Origin: Eledone cirrhosa | Lineage: Eukaryota | DNA: 64,000 bases | NCBI GenBank assembly: GCA_964016885.1 | Contig: OZ024741.1 | Coordinates: 15,562,001-15,626,000 of the forward strand | Direction of reading: 5' to 3' | In this document: piece by piece, positions 60,288-64,000 of the stretch | Layout: every line of letters starts with the position of its first letter | Position numbering within the stretch: position 1 is the first letter of the stretch | The notes under the pieces: generated by a model | The model's input: the letters and a program-made list of their open reading frames with translations, nothing else | Told to the model about the DNA's origin: nothing | Databases searched by the model: none | Program-made: the position numbers and the translations under genes

Positions 60288-60974
60288 GTGAAGCTCACGT
60301 ATTCTATCACGAGAAATCTGGCCCAACACATAGCTAGCATCAACAGGAGTAGGCTTAAAAACCACACACAACCAGAAGATGGCAATACAAGCACCCACCA
60401 GAACCATATGGAAGGAGAGAAGGGGGGACCCATTGCCCACCCAAGAAACCCGAACAGACCCGGGGACCCCTCACCGTGCCCAGGGGAAGACCACCATGTA
60501 ACACTTAACGGTAATCCCACTCTAGGCACGCAGAGGTCGACCACCCTCTGCAACTGCAGAAACCCCGAATCATGCCCCCTTAGTAATGAATGCCTTAAGA
60601 AGAACCTAGTATACGGTTGTAGGGTTAAAACCCCCAACTCCGAACACCTCTACATAGGAGCCACATCAACGAGATTTAAAGACCGCTGGTATAACCATCG
60701 CCATTCCTTCAATAAGGAGGCCAAAAGGAAAAGTACGGCTCTCTCCGACCTGATCTGGAAGATTAAGCTAGACAGGACCCCGTACTCTCTAGCCTGGTCC
60801 ATAATCAGAAAAGTACCACCCGATAAAGGGGGATCTGGCATATGCAAACTATGTCTGAACGAGACTCTTGAGATACTAAGAGGTAGAAGCCGCATGATAA
60901 ACCTCAGAACCGACTTCTTCAGGACATGCAATCACCTCAGGGCCGGGACCTTCCTCAAGATATATGGACAGTAG
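60288..60974 (+). CDS. Naiad-type Penelope-like element C-terminus (linker + GIY-YIG endonuclease), 5'-truncated
   Basis: HKIFNRYTVKLTYS thumb-end motif just upstream and in frame; CNCR..CPL..ECL..LVY...YIGAT..FKDRWYNHRHSF...TALSDLIW...CKLCLNE, recalled as characteristic of Naiad endonucleases. Confidence 0.82.
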   Translation: MKLTYSITRNLAQHIASINRSRLKNHTQPEDGNTSTHQNHMEGEKGGPIAHPRNPNRPGDPSPCPGEDHHVTLNGNPTLGTQRSTTLCNCRNPESCPLSNECLKKNLVYGCRVKTPNSEHLYIGATSTRFKDRWYNHRHSFNKEAKRKSTALSDLIWKIKLDRTPYSLAWSIIRKVPPDKGGSGICKLCLNETLEILRGRSRMINLRTDFFRTCNHLRAGTFLKIYGQ

Positions 60975-61939
60975 CAACACAATAAGATGTGAACTCCCCT
61001 CAAACTATAGGGACTTCTCCAGAACATGTAGACACCTCTCGGCCAGACCTCCCTCAAGCTACATGAGCAGTAACAACACCATAGGTTGGGAACTCCCCTC
61101 AAGCCATAGAGACCAACCCAGGCTGAGCAGACACCATGATAGCCTAGAGATTGATTCTGACACAGCCTTTATAATTTGGCCAACATCTTTATAACACACA
61201 CACATTTTATTTTACTTGATTTTTTATTTTTTATTTTTCATTATTCATTTGTTATTTGTTTTCTGTTTTCTTCACTTTATCACCTTATATTTAAGTTGAG
61301 ATTGGTTATAACACACACACATTTTATTTGATTATCCCATTTCGTTTTATTCTTTTACCATCTTGTTCCTCCTACCACTTTATCCAACATATTTCTGACC
61401 TTGAGATTGGTTATAGCACACACACATTTTATTTTATGTGAATCTTCATTTTTATTTTTCACTTTTCATTTTCATTTTTCATTTTTCATTTTCATTTTTC
61501 TTACTTTTTCATTAATTTTTCATTTATTCTCTATTTATTATTTATTTTCTGTTTTCTTCATTTCATTTTATTGCCTTCTATTTCTTCATATACAGGGCAT
61601 AACCCTTTCTACCACTTTATCATTTTTTTTAGCTGACTCCAACAACACCACTACCAACACAAGAATAGAGGTCAGATGTACCTAACAATAACAAGAACAA
61701 CAACTACAGATTGGCTTGCCTCACAACGAATTTCTATAGACTTTCGAATGAGGAATGTTCTAACAACTGACCAATGAGAGGAGAAGAGGCTTTTCGACGC
61801 TGAAATTCGTTTGTTTAAATTCATATGATTCCAGTTCCTCAGTGAAATAACAACCCAACCAGGAACTGGGCATATCAGAGTATTGACAATGTTAAACACC
61901 TCAACAACATGTGTACTCGTCTCTACCACACTAATTCGG

Positions 61940-61994
61940 ACTGCCTGAAGAGGTCACAGCCAAAGATGGCTATCACCGAAATATATATAGCAGT
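61940..61994 (+). ncRNA. Type I minimal hammerhead ribozyme
   Basis: ACTGC-CTGAAGA-GGTcacAGCCA(aaga)TGGCTatcACC-GAAA-T(ATAT)A-TA-GCAGT, with a palindromic loop III. Confidence 0.8.
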
Positions 61995-62118
61995 AATAAA
62001 CGAAGCCAAATTTTAAACATTTGACTTATTTATTTTATTTTATTTTACATTAACCTGCGCACTTCGTCGAGTGCTCCAATCTGCATACTGAGGTGTTGGT
62101 ATACAACCAACATATACT

Positions 62119-62153
<35 letters not shown>

Positions 62154-62186
62154 TTACACAGCGTTTCATCTATACATATTTCTTTC

Positions 62187-62275
<89 letters not shown>

Positions 62276-62322
62276 ATATATGTGTATATGTGTGTATATA
62301 TATGTATGTGTGTATATGTATA

Positions 62323-62403
<81 letters not shown>

Positions 62404-62619
62404 ATATATATATATGCATATATATGTGTGTATAAATGTGTATATGTGTTTATACATATGTATGTGTGTATATGTATATGCATATATATATATATATATA
62501 TAAGTGTGTGTGTGTGTATATATATATATATGCATATATATGTGTGTGTTCGTATGTGCGTGTAATTTTATATATAAATATATATACTCATATATATACA
62601 ATATATTTATACGCATACA

Positions 62620-62900
62620 CGTGGTGGCTTTGTGGTCATGGTGTTCTGTTGGTGATTGTCAGGTCGTTAGCTCGATTGCCGGAGGTGCGTTGTGTCCTTG
62701 AAAGAGAAACTTTGTTTCATATTGCTCCAGTTCATTCAACTGACAGACGTGAGTTCCACCTGTTTGTAAAAAGGCCAGTCTTGCCACAGAGTAATGCACG
62801 TGTCTGTGGAATGCTCAATCAATTTCACGTTAATTTCACTAACAGGCTGCTCTTATGTTTGAACAACTGGGACGCTCTTCATCGAAAGCGACGGAGATTC
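62620..62900 (+). mobile_element. Old tRNA-derived SINE
   Basis: Degenerate A box (GTGGCTTTGTGG) and B box (AGCTCGATTGCC), then a TGTGTCCTTGA core. Confidence 0.5.
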
Positions 62901-63477
62901 CTTAAATTCAGATGTTTGAGCACACATGCATAAATAGGTTTGCATCGTAGAGAGAAACGTGATATGAACTATTTTAATTTGCAGCATCGTGAAGTCGTTA
63001 AAAAACGAAATTAACCCTTTTACATCTCGTAACGGCTGTTGACAACCACATCTACCACCACCACCAACACCTCTACCACCACCACCACTACAACCACCAC
63101 AACCACCATACTAATTACAACCTGGCCCTTACGATTTGAACACCTATATTTATATACCTGTGTTTATCTCTCTTTTATATTCAATTATAATTATATATAT
63201 ATACATTTTTTTTTTTTTTAGTATATATATATATAACTATAATTGAATATAAAAGAGAGATAAACACAGATATATAAATATATGTATTCAAATCGTAAGG
63301 GGCCGGGTTATAATTAGTATTTTTTCACCCTAGCGAACCTGGTCCCTTACGATTTGAACACATATGTGTATATATCTGTGTTTATCTCTCTTTTATATTC
63401 AATTATAATATACGGCTCGAAAAAAATCTCTTTCCTTGAGATATTTAATTGTAAGAGACTATTTTGTGTTTCTAACT

Positions 63478-63642
63478 CAGTATATACATGGACACACTAG
63501 AAGAGGAAGACCAAGGTTAACATATGTTGATGCCCTAAGGACAGACACTGGTCTGTTGGAGATGCAGGATATGGCAGCGATAATGAGGGACAGAGACCGC
63601 TGGAGAGAACTCGTCCATGGATCTCGGGAATTTTACCCGCCT
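63478..63642 (+). mobile_element. RTE LINE C-terminal fragment
   Basis: HGHTRRGRPRLTYVDALRTDTG...MRDRDRWRELV. Confidence 0.72.
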
Positions 63643-63663
63643 TATATAGATAGATATATATAT

Positions 63664-63975
63664 ATAAAATTGAAAAAGTGGAGAATAACATGGTCAACAG
63701 TACAAAAAAGGACATTTAGACAACTCTATCAGTGAAACAATTGTTAGACTGTAAATAAAACCCTTTTTTGTACTGTTGACCATGTTATTCTCCACCTTTT
63801 TCAATTGTATTACTCCAAGATAAACTTACATAGGAATACAAGTGACGTCATAAACTCGTCATCTACGTAAACCTCTTGTTGAGTCAAACAACGCCGTACG
63901 CTAAAACTATCCATAATAAGAAGTATTCCCGATCTCTAATCGGATTACCTATAACGATATCTTGTTATCCTCTAT
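63664..63975. mobile_element. Fold-back mini-element with HHR 3'-half-like GAAAC(AATT)GTT
   Basis: 63667-63710 is inverted at 63762-63807; TA flanks. Confidence 0.55.
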
Positions 63976-64000
63976 ATATATATACATATACATATATATA

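Larger units (their letters stand above)
60260..62122 (+). mobile_element. 5'-truncated Naiad-type PLE with 3' UTR and HHR-containing pLTR
   Basis: ORF, T-rich UTR with internal repeats, HHR at 61940-61994, ending in (TA)n. The link between ORF and pLTR is inferred from position. Confidence 0.72.

Noticed and set aside
60975-61830. SECIS element in the Naiad 3' UTR
   Set aside because: No convincing AUGA...AA...GA hairpin seen by eye and no in-frame TGA in the ORF.

Overview
This is an AT-rich, microsatellite-saturated animal genomic window. The repeat landscape suggests a cephalopod such as Octopus, which is an inference. No host gene could be recognised. Almost all complex sequence is retroelement-derived: (1) a ~4.5 kb near-perfect palindrome made of two inverted, 5'-truncated copies of a Neptune-type Penelope-like element (PLE; RT plus GIY-YIG); (2) a second decayed Neptune element and a Naiad-type PLE 3' end; (3) about a dozen type I hammerhead ribozyme (HHR) motifs from many different PLE terminal-repeat families, most in tiny fold-back insertions embedded in (TA)n; (4) two tandem Tx1/L1-clade LINEs at (GATA)n; (5) RTE-derived bimodular non-autonomous elements and an R4/Dong-like fragment stacked in (CATA)n; (6) tRNA-SINEs, Helitrons, a mariner-type MITE, and RTE and CR1 3' ends; (7) a 2.3 kb purine-rich satellite with an ~80-bp unit. 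The main candidates for novelty are a recurrent asymmetric fold-back architecture of the HHR-bearing PLE insertions and a covarying kink-turn motif conserved in three diverged copies of an unclassified repeat. All calls were made by eye, with no database search.
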